A DNA stretch of 64,000 bases from a virus, in IMG/VR virus record IMGVR_UViG_3300009163_000019. The stretch is one strand, 5' to 3'. The notes beneath the pieces are model-generated. The model saw only the letters and a program-made list of their open reading frames with translations. It was not told the origin of the DNA and searched no databases. Shown piece after piece: positions 19,064 to 27,372 of this stretch; position 1 is the first letter of the stretch, and each line of letters starts with the position of its first letter. The translations under genes and the position numbers were made by a program.

Positions 19064-19957
19064 ATGAATCTAGGATACGCTTGCATAAACATGACGCTAG
19101 GCAAAGCTGTGACTACGAATCGTGGTATGGTTAAAAAAACATTTCTCGCCAAGGGCCCGGACTGGGTATCTGAGTTGGCACTCGCCAATTCTCGGGACAT
19201 CATCAAAATTCTAGAGTGGAATAGACTTAGAGGTATAAAACTATTTCGCTTGACATCTGCCCTTATCCCTTGGGGAGATAGTCTAGATCTTACACAATTA
19301 AAAGACTACGAAGAGATCCGGTCTGAACTTAAAAAGGCAGGTGACTTTGCAAGAGAACACGGTATCCGGATCACTACGCATCCTGGTCCATTCAATGTAC
19401 TTCTTTCACCAAATGAAGCTGTAGTTGAAAAGACTATTCAAGATCTGGAAATGCATGGCAAGATATTTGATATGATAGGACTTGATAAGTCACCATATAA
19501 CAAGATCAATATACATTGTAATGGTGTTTATGGAGATAAGCCGGCAGCCATGGATAGATTTTGCCTAAATTTTTCTCGTCTATCCGAATCAGTTAGATCA
19601 AGGCTTACTGTAGAGAACGATGATAAGGCAAGTATGTATTCTGTTATAGACCTTATGTACATACACAAAAAGATTGGAACACCTATTGTATTTGATTATC
19701 ACCACCATGGTTTTTGTACTGGTGATCTTACTGAGGAGGAGGCTTTAAAGTTGGCAGCTGAGACTTGGCCTGAAGGGATTAAGCAGCTTGTTCACTATTC
19801 AGAATCAAAAGCTCTACATGAAGGGAATACCAAACTTAAACCTCAAGCACATTCAGACTATATTAATTCACTTCCGAATACCTATGGTCTAGATCTAGAT
19901 ATTATGATTGAGGCAAAAGCAAAAGAGTTAGCAATCTTACCATTCATTAAAAAATAA
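19064..19957 (+). CDS. uvsE: UV DNA damage endonuclease UvsE/UVDE
   Basis: LGYACIN, HPGPFNVL.SP, NIHCNG.YG, RLTVENDD, VFDYHHH, HYSES, AHSDY, IEAKAKE. Confidence 0.95.
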   Translation: MNLGYACINMTLGKAVTTNRGMVKKTFLAKGPDWVSELALANSRDIIKILEWNRLRGIKLFRLTSALIPWGDSLDLTQLKDYEEIRSELKKAGDFAREHGIRITTHPGPFNVLLSPNEAVVEKTIQDLEMHGKIFDMIGLDKSPYNKINIHCNGVYGDKPAAMDRFCLNFSRLSESVRSRLTVENDDKASMYSVIDLMYIHKKIGTPIVFDYHHHGFCTGDLTEEEALKLAAETWPEGIKQLVHYSESKALHEGNTKLKPQAHSDYINSLPNTYGLDLDIMIEAKAKELAILPFIKK

Positions 19958-20128
19958 AACAATCCGTATGAAAAAGAAAAATTTAAGTTTTTTAGTTATA
20001 GTAATAATATTATTTAGTAGTTGTTACACATCAGTGTCTACTGTGGGTAATTGTAAATATTATTATCGTAGACCAATAGGTAGTTTACATAGGATAAATG
20101 CACCTCGATTCTAAACAAATAATAAACT

Positions 20129-20464
20129 ATGAACAAAGAAGAACAAAAAAAAATTATTATAGAAGTTATGGATGCGGATGCTAAAGATGGATTGTACGAA
20201 AAAGAAGATAAAACATTTAAACAAAAAAGTAAATGGACCAAAGTGAATAACAAACAACAAACAGCAGTAGAATGGTTATTCACTCAATTATATGAAAAGT
20301 TTGAAATGAAAGGTGATGGAGAAAAGATGAATAAAATACTTAACAAAGCTAAAGAAATGGAGAAAGAGCAGATAGTAAATGCTTATGAATGTGGTTGGAT
20401 TAATGGTGATTTGAAGAAAGCTCCGCGTTTTGGTAAGGATTATTATAATACTTTAAATAAATAA
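20129..20464 (+). CDS. Small phage protein (QTAVEWL...AKEMEKEQI type)
   Basis: Paralogous to the two downstream ORFs. Confidence 0.55.
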   Translation: MNKEEQKKIIIEVMDADAKDGLYEKEDKTFKQKSKWTKVNNKQQTAVEWLFTQLYEKFEMKGDGEKMNKILNKAKEMEKEQIVNAYECGWINGDLKKAPRFGKDYYNTLNK

Positions 20465-20518
20465 TATGAACTACTGGTTAATACAAGCAATTGTTAAACA
20501 AATTAAAGCTGAGAAGAA

Positions 20519-20722
20519 ATGAAAACGGCAATGAAAGAATTAATTGAGTATCTTGATCCTATACACAGTGGAATAAAAGATAAGGCAACTGAATTACTTG
20601 AAAAAGAAAAGAAACAGATGCTAGATGCTATGCGCTATGCTCTTGATGAGGATGGGCATAATGGATCATGGATTTTTAATTTTATAGAATCATATTATAA
20701 AAAAATGTACGAAAATGAGTAA
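20519..20722 (+). CDS. Small phage protein (KTAM.ELI...LEKEK.Q type)
   Basis: Paralog of the 20129 ORF. Confidence 0.55.
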   Translation: MKTAMKELIEYLDPIHSGIKDKATELLEKEKKQMLDAMRYALDEDGHNGSWIFNFIESYYKKMYENE

Positions 20723-20748
20723 ACTGTGATTGATATTTATAGTAAAAG

Positions 20749-21171
20749 TTGAATAAATCCGCTCTTCACAAATTACAAGACTTAGTTAAGGAAGAGTATA
20801 AGAAATCCTCAAGAATATTAGCTCCTTGGCTATTAACAGTAATAACTACACTAAAAACAGAAGAGCGAAATCAAATAATAGAAGCCTTTGAATCCGGGCA
20901 ATTTGATCAAGAAAAAACAGGTGAAAATTATTGGGAATCTAAGTATAATCCAATATCATTATCACCAGCAGAAATGGCAGACTCTATAATAAAGTTATAT
21001 AATCAAAATCCAGAAGATCCATATATAGATTACGATCCACTTGCAAGATCGTACGCTAAAATAGCAGTGGGTAGTATAATAGAAGCCATAAACGAGTTAC
21101 CTATTCATGATGAGTCTATCCAAATAAATGAAAGAATAGAATATTGGACTCAAGTAAAAGATTTTATATAA
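20749..21171 (+). CDS. Fusion of two small phage domain types
   Basis: N-half resembles 20129/20519, C-half resembles 18173; TTG start after ATATTTAT. Confidence 0.5.
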   Translation: MNKSALHKLQDLVKEEYKKSSRILAPWLLTVITTLKTEERNQIIEAFESGQFDQEKTGENYWESKYNPISLSPAEMADSIIKLYNQNPEDPYIDYDPLARSYAKIAVGSIIEAINELPIHDESIQINERIEYWTQVKDFI

Positions 21172-21206
21172 TAAATTATTAAAGATATTTATATAAAAGA
21201 TAATTT

Positions 21207-21323
21207 ATGGCAAGATCAAAGAAAACCTGGAGACCAATGAAATCTAGAAAAAATGGTCTCAAGCATCGAGACAGGATAAATGAGAATAATAAGATACTAA
21301 AAAGATTAAAAGAGATCCACTAA
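21207..21323 (+). CDS. 38-aa highly basic peptide (not in the ORF track)
   Basis: MARSKKTWRPMKSRKNGLKHRDRINENNKILKRLKEIH; GATATTTATATAAAAGA upstream, hairpin plus T-run downstream. Confidence 0.6.
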   Translation: MARSKKTWRPMKSRKNGLKHRDRINENNKILKRLKEIH

Positions 21324-21339
21324 AAACGGATCTTTTTTT
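21308..21339 (+). terminator. Probable intrinsic terminator
   Basis: AGATCC...GGATCT followed by a T-run. Confidence 0.45.
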
Positions 21340-21367
21340 ATTTAAATGAATTGTCTTATTTTTGATT

Positions 21368-21844
21368 ATGAGCAAATTAAAATATACATTAGAACAATTT
21401 AGATGGATTAAAGTGCTATTTAGTCCGTTTAAACCATTTACTGTTAAATGGTATATAGGTAAAACACAAATAGGTACTCCATATTTCTTACCTAGAAAAT
21501 GGGTTAATCGTAAACCAGTACCACTTAAAATTGGATTCAGTTACTGTGGTTTAGGGTGGAAAACAAAATGGACATCTACTGATTTTAGATATGAATGGGG
21601 TCCTGTATTTTCATTTGTATTCTTTGGTTATCAAGTAGCGTTAATGATAGGTCACAAGAATGTTAGTCATTATTGGGAAGCCTGGTTATATTACGAATAT
21701 GCTACAGATAAAACAAAATCAAAACGTGAACGAATAGAACAATGTAGGAAAGAATTTTCACAAATATGGACAACACATAAGCATGATGAAGAGCCAAAAA
21801 CAATAGACTATTATACTAAAATACTTAAATCAAAATATCTATGA
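21368..21844 (+). CDS. Hypothetical Trp-rich phage protein
   Basis: ORF after a promoter-like element. Confidence 0.55.
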   Translation: MSKLKYTLEQFRWIKVLFSPFKPFTVKWYIGKTQIGTPYFLPRKWVNRKPVPLKIGFSYCGLGWKTKWTSTDFRYEWGPVFSFVFFGYQVALMIGHKNVSHYWEAWLYYEYATDKTKSKRERIEQCRKEFSQIWTTHKHDEEPKTIDYYTKILKSKYL

Positions 21845-22140
21845 CACGAGTAGAACAAAAAGGAAATAAGGAGAGACTTATACTAAAGGAATTAATTGAT
21901 AAAATGTTTGAAATAGCAGGCCATCCTCTAAAGTTTGAAGATGTAGAAGGTAGAACTGATAATTGGTTTCAACAATACACTATGACTGAAGCTCAAAATG
22001 AGGAGTGGCGAAATTGGGGTACTAAATTTCTAAGTAAGAAACGTCGTTTTGGTATGAAGTTAGCGGATCGTGAAATGAGAATGTTAGATTTGTATTGTGG
22101 ATTGAGTATATCGGATAGTAGATTTGCAAAAGAATTATGA
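21841..22140 (+). CDS. Hypothetical phage protein
   Basis: ATGA overlap. Confidence 0.55.
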   Translation: MTRVEQKGNKERLILKELIDKMFEIAGHPLKFEDVEGRTDNWFQQYTMTEAQNEEWRNWGTKFLSKKRRFGMKLADREMRMLDLYCGLSISDSRFAKEL

Positions 22141-22754
22141 TAATACACACAATGTGGATAGGATCCGAGATCCCTATTAAATATCATAGTAACTTAGATA
22201 AATTCAGGATGTTAAATCCCGGCTTTCAACACATGCATTGGGGAGAGAATGATATAATCAGTATTTTTAAATATTTTAATCTAATAGAATTATATAATTC
22301 AATGCCTAGTTTTATAACTAAATTCAATTTGGCAAAGTATGCAATACTAGATAAATTCGGTGGGATATTCACAGACTTAGATATACAGTGGAAAAAATCA
22401 TTTATTGAAATTATGAATGATCAGGAGTTTAATGATATAGATATATTATTAACACATCCAGTAGATACAGCACATTATTATATAAATGATCAAGCCGTTA
22501 ATCTTTTAGATGATCCATTTATTATAGCCAGACCAAACCTACTTAGCCAATGTCTTGACTTTAGATTTAAAAGAGAGTTAAGAATAGATCCCGAAACAAA
22601 AGCCGTCCATAAAGCAGAACCTATAGGTCCTTTCTTATTAACAGAGTGGATTTATGCTAATCAAATAAAGCATAGAGCATTTAGCCAAACTGCATTTTTA
22701 AGTCTAAATGGTTTTTACGGATACCACGAACAATTAGATCTATGGAATAAATAA
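22137..22754 (+). CDS. GT32-like DxD glycosyltransferase (Gly_transf_sug)
   Basis: IIHTMWIG, NPGFQHMHW, KYAIL..FGGIFTDLD, IGPFLLT. Confidence 0.85.
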   Translation: MIIHTMWIGSEIPIKYHSNLDKFRMLNPGFQHMHWGENDIISIFKYFNLIELYNSMPSFITKFNLAKYAILDKFGGIFTDLDIQWKKSFIEIMNDQEFNDIDILLTHPVDTAHYYINDQAVNLLDDPFIIARPNLLSQCLDFRFKRELRIDPETKAVHKAEPIGPFLLTEWIYANQIKHRAFSQTAFLSLNGFYGYHEQLDLWNK

Positions 22755-22780
22755 AAAGATATTTATATAAAAGAATCTCA

Positions 22781-23473
22781 ATGAAACTCAGTAAGATACT
22801 AGAAGGAGAATATGGAAATATATTATTTGGAGATAAAGATGATCCTGCAAAATTTGCTAAAATGCAAGGCGTGAAACCTGGCTCAGAACCAGATTTACCG
22901 GAAGAAAAAAAACTATTACTTCTATTAAAAAAATGGACAGTAAATCCTGCACATTCTATACAAGATCTTTATAAAATTAGAGGGAAGCTAAAATCATTAG
23001 CAAACGAATATCCAAAAATATTAAAACCTAGTACTCCAAATGGTACTATAATTTATAGAGGATTAACAAGTACAAATCCCCAAATAGAATCTCAAGTAAA
23101 AGCTTCAAATCCAGAAGATTGGATAAAAGCAGGTCGTTTATATATTTTAAAAACTCCCATAAAATATATTCCAAGAAGCGATATTCAGTCTTGGTCAACA
23201 AGGATGGAAACAGGCATGTACTCCTTTGGGCAAGGAGGAATGTTAATATCTAAGCAAAACGAAGAATACATGATGAATCAAGAAGCGCTATCTATACTAT
23301 ATCCATTGAGTGAAGACGAGATACTTCACTTTGGAAAAAACTATGATCAAAATGTATATTTTGCAGGTATTGACATATCAAATACAATAAGAAAATATAG
23401 TAAAAAATTAGCAAATGTAAAATCTGTATCTGACAGAAGTAAAGATTTGGATATGAAATCTATAATTAAATAA
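22781..23473 (+). CDS. Putative R-S-E clade ADP-ribosyltransferase with MKLSKILE leader
   Basis: IYRGL...QSWST...EDEIL motifs in the expected order; late-type motif upstream. Confidence 0.6.
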   Translation: MKLSKILEGEYGNILFGDKDDPAKFAKMQGVKPGSEPDLPEEKKLLLLLKKWTVNPAHSIQDLYKIRGKLKSLANEYPKILKPSTPNGTIIYRGLTSTNPQIESQVKASNPEDWIKAGRLYILKTPIKYIPRSDIQSWSTRMETGMYSFGQGGMLISKQNEEYMMNQEALSILYPLSEDEILHFGKNYDQNVYFAGIDISNTIRKYSKKLANVKSVSDRSKDLDMKSIIK

Positions 23474-23483
23474 AATAATCTCA

Positions 23484-24647
23484 ATGAAACTCAGTAAAAT
23501 ATTAGAATCTATCCTAGATGAATTAAACGTCCCAAAACCTGAGGATGCATATAAATTCTATAAAATAACAAAAAAGGATCTAGGATATGGTACCATGCAC
23601 ACTTATGTGTATGAAAATGTAAATGGAGATCTAATGGAAATCTCTAACATGGTAACAAAACATCCAAAAGAACCTGGTAAATCAATATACTTGGCTTTTA
23701 AGAAATATGAAGGACCTGGATCTGATGAGGAAGAATACGATAATGAAGAAGAAGAGGAAAGGAAATATTCTGAGAAGACAGGAGCCGGTGACCTGATTAA
23801 GGTATTGGCAACTGTGGTACAGTCTGTAAAGAATACCATGAATAAAGAGGGTGGTGAAAATAAGATATATGCCATAAAGTTTAGCCCATCAGATAATAAA
23901 AGGGCTAACATATATCTACACTATATAAAAACCCTGTTCCCTGACTTCAAAGAAGAGAAAGGAGTGGAGGCTAAATTTACAACCTTTGTTAATAAGAATT
24001 TTAAGCCAAAGGTAATCTCAGAAATAGGAGATGCATCAGCTGAAGGATATAGTCTGTCAAAACCAAATATCAAAGGACCAATAAATAAGGCATTAGACAA
24101 GATAAACAGTAGCGAAAGCAAAAGAAAATACGGAGGAGAGGAACCATTCAAAGTAAGATACACTGCCTCTGTAGGAACCAATAAATACCTTATAGACATA
24201 TCAGGAATGGTAAGTAATGTAACTCCAGGCACTGTCCCAAGATTTACTTATCTGTTTAATCCAGATGGAACTAGAAAACCAGGAAAGCTAGATATAAGAG
24301 TAGACTTTGATATGAAAAGGGATTCTAAAAAAGATGCCTTTACTTCAACAGAACTAAACGAACAGTACAAAGTATTATCCGCAGTATTTAATTCTGTTAT
24401 TGACTTTGTAAACCAAACAGAAGCCACTACACCAGTAGATCAGATACTTATGTATCCATCAAACGATAAAGGAACAGATACTGCAAGCAATTCTAAGAGA
24501 GGAAGATTCTATATGGTTTATATACAAAAGAATATCTCTAAACTTCCCGATCCAAGCATGTGGGACGTAAACCTTAACATGAGTGATAACTACATAGACT
24601 TAAGTAGAATCCCTCCAATGCCAACAAAGAAAACAAAGAAGAAATAA
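23484..24647 (+). CDS. MKLSKILE-leader protein with two copies of an unknown domain
   Basis: Internal VISEIGDAS; repeated KV..[TA]V....[VI]...PS...R...Y..YI pattern. Confidence 0.6.
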   Translation: MKLSKILESILDELNVPKPEDAYKFYKITKKDLGYGTMHTYVYENVNGDLMEISNMVTKHPKEPGKSIYLAFKKYEGPGSDEEEYDNEEEEERKYSEKTGAGDLIKVLATVVQSVKNTMNKEGGENKIYAIKFSPSDNKRANIYLHYIKTLFPDFKEEKGVEAKFTTFVNKNFKPKVISEIGDASAEGYSLSKPNIKGPINKALDKINSSESKRKYGGEEPFKVRYTASVGTNKYLIDISGMVSNVTPGTVPRFTYLFNPDGTRKPGKLDIRVDFDMKRDSKKDAFTSTELNEQYKVLSAVFNSVIDFVNQTEATTPVDQILMYPSNDKGTDTASNSKRGRFYMVYIQKNISKLPDPSMWDVNLNMSDNYIDLSRIPPMPTKKTKKK

Positions 24648-25130
24648 ATGAAACTAACCAAGATACTAAAGGAAGTAATATCAGAGATAGGAGACGCATC
24701 TAAAGAACCATACCCATTTAAAAAAGATATGGATGATATGGATGAAAGAAAATACACATTTTTTACAGACTCTGGATTTGAATATGAAGTTAGGGTAGAA
24801 ACTATAGGAGGAAGTCCTATGGAACCTGTAATAGCAAGGGTAGGATTTGGTGTAATAGATGGGACTGATGATATATCTTATGTGAAACAGACAGGAGAGA
24901 ATGATGTATATAAAATAATGGCAACAGTAACTGCAATAGTAAAGCAGGATCTTAAATCTAATGATGCTGATGTTATAGAGTTTTCTTCAAGTAAAAGAAG
25001 GAATAAGGGTGTGGATGAAGATCCAATGTCTAATGTAAGAACACAACTCTACTCAAGATATATTAAAGGCCAATTCCCTAATGCTGAGGTTCAATTTGAT
25101 GATTATGGAGATGTAAGGGTAAGATTATAA
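24648..25130 (+). CDS. MKLTKIL-leader protein with one copy of the same domain
   Basis: VISEIGDAS; KIMATV...R.QLY.RYIK..FP. Confidence 0.6.
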   Translation: MKLTKILKEVISEIGDASKEPYPFKKDMDDMDERKYTFFTDSGFEYEVRVETIGGSPMEPVIARVGFGVIDGTDDISYVKQTGENDVYKIMATVTAIVKQDLKSNDADVIEFSSSKRRNKGVDEDPMSNVRTQLYSRYIKGQFPNAEVQFDDYGDVRVRL

Positions 25131-25139
25131 TAAATAATA

Positions 25140-25715
25140 ATGAAACTAACTAAGATATTAGAAGGAATACTAAAAGAGAATCTACTCCAGTTTTATCATG
25201 GATCTACAGATAAGAATCTAGCAGGTAAGAATGGAATACATGTAGGATCTAAACTTGCAGCAACTCAAGCACTCCAAGCAAGAATAGGAGTTCCTGCTGA
25301 AGGTGAATGGGATGGTACAAGAGAATACGGTAAGACTAAACTAGCAGGAAAGAAAACCTTAGATAGAAGAGAAAAGGAATTAGGATATTTCTTAAAAACA
25401 GGATATAATACTCAATCTGAAGTACCTGAAGTACCTGAAGAAGATTATTACCCTGAAGACAGAGGTAAATTGCCAACTTATTCGGATGGTACACATATAA
25501 GTTTAGACTCTAAACCTATAATATTTCCTGTGAAGATCAAAGGACCGATGAATAATACCGTAAGAAACCCGAAGACAGATATGGCAGCAAACTCACTCAT
25601 GATGAGAGGACTAAGGAAAGGAAATGCCCGAAACGGATTCTATTATATAAATGATGGAGAAGATGAAGGATCAATATCTGCTGTAGTACCAAATAAAGAT
25701 TGGTTAAGTTATTAA
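25140..25715 (+). CDS. Putative ADP-ribosyltransferase-like protein (ART-PolyVal-like) with MKLTKILE leader
   Basis: FYHGS...GIHVGS..AA...GFYYIN.GED.GS.S.VV. Confidence 0.55.
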   Translation: MKLTKILEGILKENLLQFYHGSTDKNLAGKNGIHVGSKLAATQALQARIGVPAEGEWDGTREYGKTKLAGKKTLDRREKELGYFLKTGYNTQSEVPEVPEEDYYPEDRGKLPTYSDGTHISLDSKPIIFPVKIKGPMNNTVRNPKTDMAANSLMMRGLRKGNARNGFYYINDGEDEGSISAVVPNKDWLSY

Positions 25716-25957
25716 AACGACTGGCTCAAGAAATAATAAAGGATATAATAAACACCAGAATGATAGATAAGAATATGGGTAATAAGAAAACCTCAACCCC
25801 TAATACTAATATAGAAAGTAAACCATTAACCCCAAAGGATAGAGAAGCCATAAGCCTGTGGATACTAAAGGCCAAACAAGACAAGGCACAAAGCTGGCTC
25901 GGTAAATGGTATTGGCAAATACGAATAGATAAGGAAAAGAATAAGAAGCAGGGCTAG
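25700..25957 (+). CDS. Hypothetical basic protein (start uncertain)
   Basis: ORF ending in a terminator hairpin. Confidence 0.4.
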   Translation: MVKLLKRLAQEIIKDIINTRMIDKNMGNKKTSTPNTNIESKPLTPKDREAISLWILKAKQDKAQSWLGKWYWQIRIDKEKNKKQG

Positions 25958-25972
25958 AAGGATCTAGCCTTT
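25952..25972 (+). terminator. Intrinsic terminator
   Basis: GGCTAGA-AGGA-TCTAGCC-TTT. Confidence 0.55.
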
Positions 25973-26042
25973 CTCATTTTATGTGAATCTGGATATAAGA
26001 GAATAAAGATATACTAAGAAAAAAAGAGTAGCCATAAAATAT

Positions 26043-26095
26043 AAAGTGTAGAAGGGTGTTAGAATGTGTCAATTTGTGTTAGAAAGTGTAGAAAC
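26043..26095. repeat. Five GTGT(T/A)(A)GAA-type units at exact 10-bp period
   Basis: GTGT at 26046, 26056, 26066, 26076 and 26086 in a non-coding gap. Confidence 0.75.
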
Positions 26096-26135
26096 TAGAA
26101 TCTATAGGAAGTAGCCGTATCCTGCCCGCGTCACC

Positions 26136-26281
26136 TAAGTGATTGATTATCAACGGGTTAGGAATTATAAATAAAGATATACATAACTGATTGGTTACCA
26201 ATAAAAACTTTCAAAAATAGTTACTCTAAAATTTTTTTATCTGACGGATTTGTCTTAATTTTACTATGTAACAAATCAATA
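26136..26281 (+). promoter_or_regulatory. Promoter module 4: two palindromic units plus promoter
   Basis: Units at 26136 and 26184; TAATTTTA at 26256. Confidence 0.72.
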
Positions 26282-26590
26282 ATGACTATGGACAGAATGA
26301 CTATCCGCCTTACCTCCTCTAGATCTTATGCAAGACTTGCTAAAGCAGTAATTGACATGAATAAGAATATCTATGGCAATGAGATCTTTGCCGAAGACAG
26401 GATCGAATTTAAAGATGCTTATGATGCTGATGGGAACCTAACCCACTTTGAGATCACGGGAACAGCATTAGATATGTTCCAGATCGGCCTAAGATATGGA
26501 CACATGGAAGAAAGGGAACACCTATCACCTTATTTAAGAGATATCTACAAAGACATCTTTACTCCTACACCAGAAACCATTGCACAGTAA
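26282..26590 (+). CDS. Hypothetical early protein
   Basis: Directly after the promoter module. Confidence 0.55.
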   Translation: MTMDRMTIRLTSSRSYARLAKAVIDMNKNIYGNEIFAEDRIEFKDAYDADGNLTHFEITGTALDMFQIGLRYGHMEEREHLSPYLRDIYKDIFTPTPETIAQ

Positions 26591-26612
26591 TTAAAAAATA
26601 AAAATATATAAT

Positions 26613-26825
26613 ATGAAGATGAATGAATTAAAGAGGCTAGCGACAATGACTAGCACACAGTATCAGACAGAGAATCCTAATTATGAACCAATGTTCCCTG
26701 CCGGTTGGGAAGCCGATAAGAATTGGCCAGACCTATCAGTGAATAACTATGACAGCTTCAGATCTACCCAGATCCAGATCGATGACTATCAAGAACGTAT
26801 GGCTGGCTGCTACGATACAGAATAA
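26613..26825 (+). CDS. Hypothetical protein
   Basis: A-rich leader. Confidence 0.5.
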   Translation: MKMNELKRLATMTSTQYQTENPNYEPMFPAGWEADKNWPDLSVNNYDSFRSTQIQIDDYQERMAGCYDTE

Positions 26826-26917
26826 AAGTGTGGCACTTAGAAGATCGGCAATAACAGGTTCAAAAGATTGTCTTATATTTACTATATAACAATTAGCAAT
26901 AAACAAAACAAACAGTT

Positions 26918-27163
26918 ATGCAAAATTCAAACAGGCCTTCGAGCTACCAAAAGTTGACTTACATCCAAAAGGTAAGTCGTATTAATCGCAAGCTCCGTAC
27001 TGGAGACATCACAACCGTAGCTGAGACTACCGGTTTTTCTACTACTCACGTATCTGACGTGATCTCTGGTAAGTACTTCAACGACAAGATCGTTAATGAA
27101 GCTTACGACATGACGCGTGGTCGTCTGTCAAATGCTGTTAAGCTTACTAGCTTAGAGGCATAG
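26918..27163 (+). CDS. Small HTH DNA-binding protein
   Basis: ITTVAETTGFSTTHVSDVISG HTH pattern; own promoter-like element and terminator. Confidence 0.65.
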   Translation: MQNSNRPSSYQKLTYIQKVSRINRKLRTGDITTVAETTGFSTTHVSDVISGKYFNDKIVNEAYDMTRGRLSNAVKLTSLEA

Positions 27164-27189
27164 TCTATTCACTTTTATGATTTGTTACC

Positions 27190-27219
27190 GGCCTGGGGTT
27201 TCTACCCTGGGCCTTTTTT
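27190..27219 (+). terminator. Intrinsic terminator
   Basis: GGCCTGGGGT-TTCT-ACCCTGGGCC-TTTTTT. Confidence 0.8.
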
Positions 27220-27372
27220 ATAACCCATTGATACTCAATACTTTATAACCCATTGATTTCCAATGCTTTATAACTAGTTGATTGCCAATAAAAACTTTTG
27301 GAAAACACTAAAATAAATTTTTTTATGTCACCGGAATGGCTTAATTTTACTATATAACAAATCAATAACAGT
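27220..27372 (+). promoter_or_regulatory. Promoter module 5: three 25-bp units plus promoter
   Basis: Units at 27221, 27246 and 27271; TAATTTTA at 27342. Confidence 0.82.

Noticed and set aside
5461-27295. 25-bp repeats as CRISPR or mini-CRISPR arrays
   Set aside because: Units are contiguous with no spacers, degenerate, and tied at a fixed distance to promoters; no cas genes in the window
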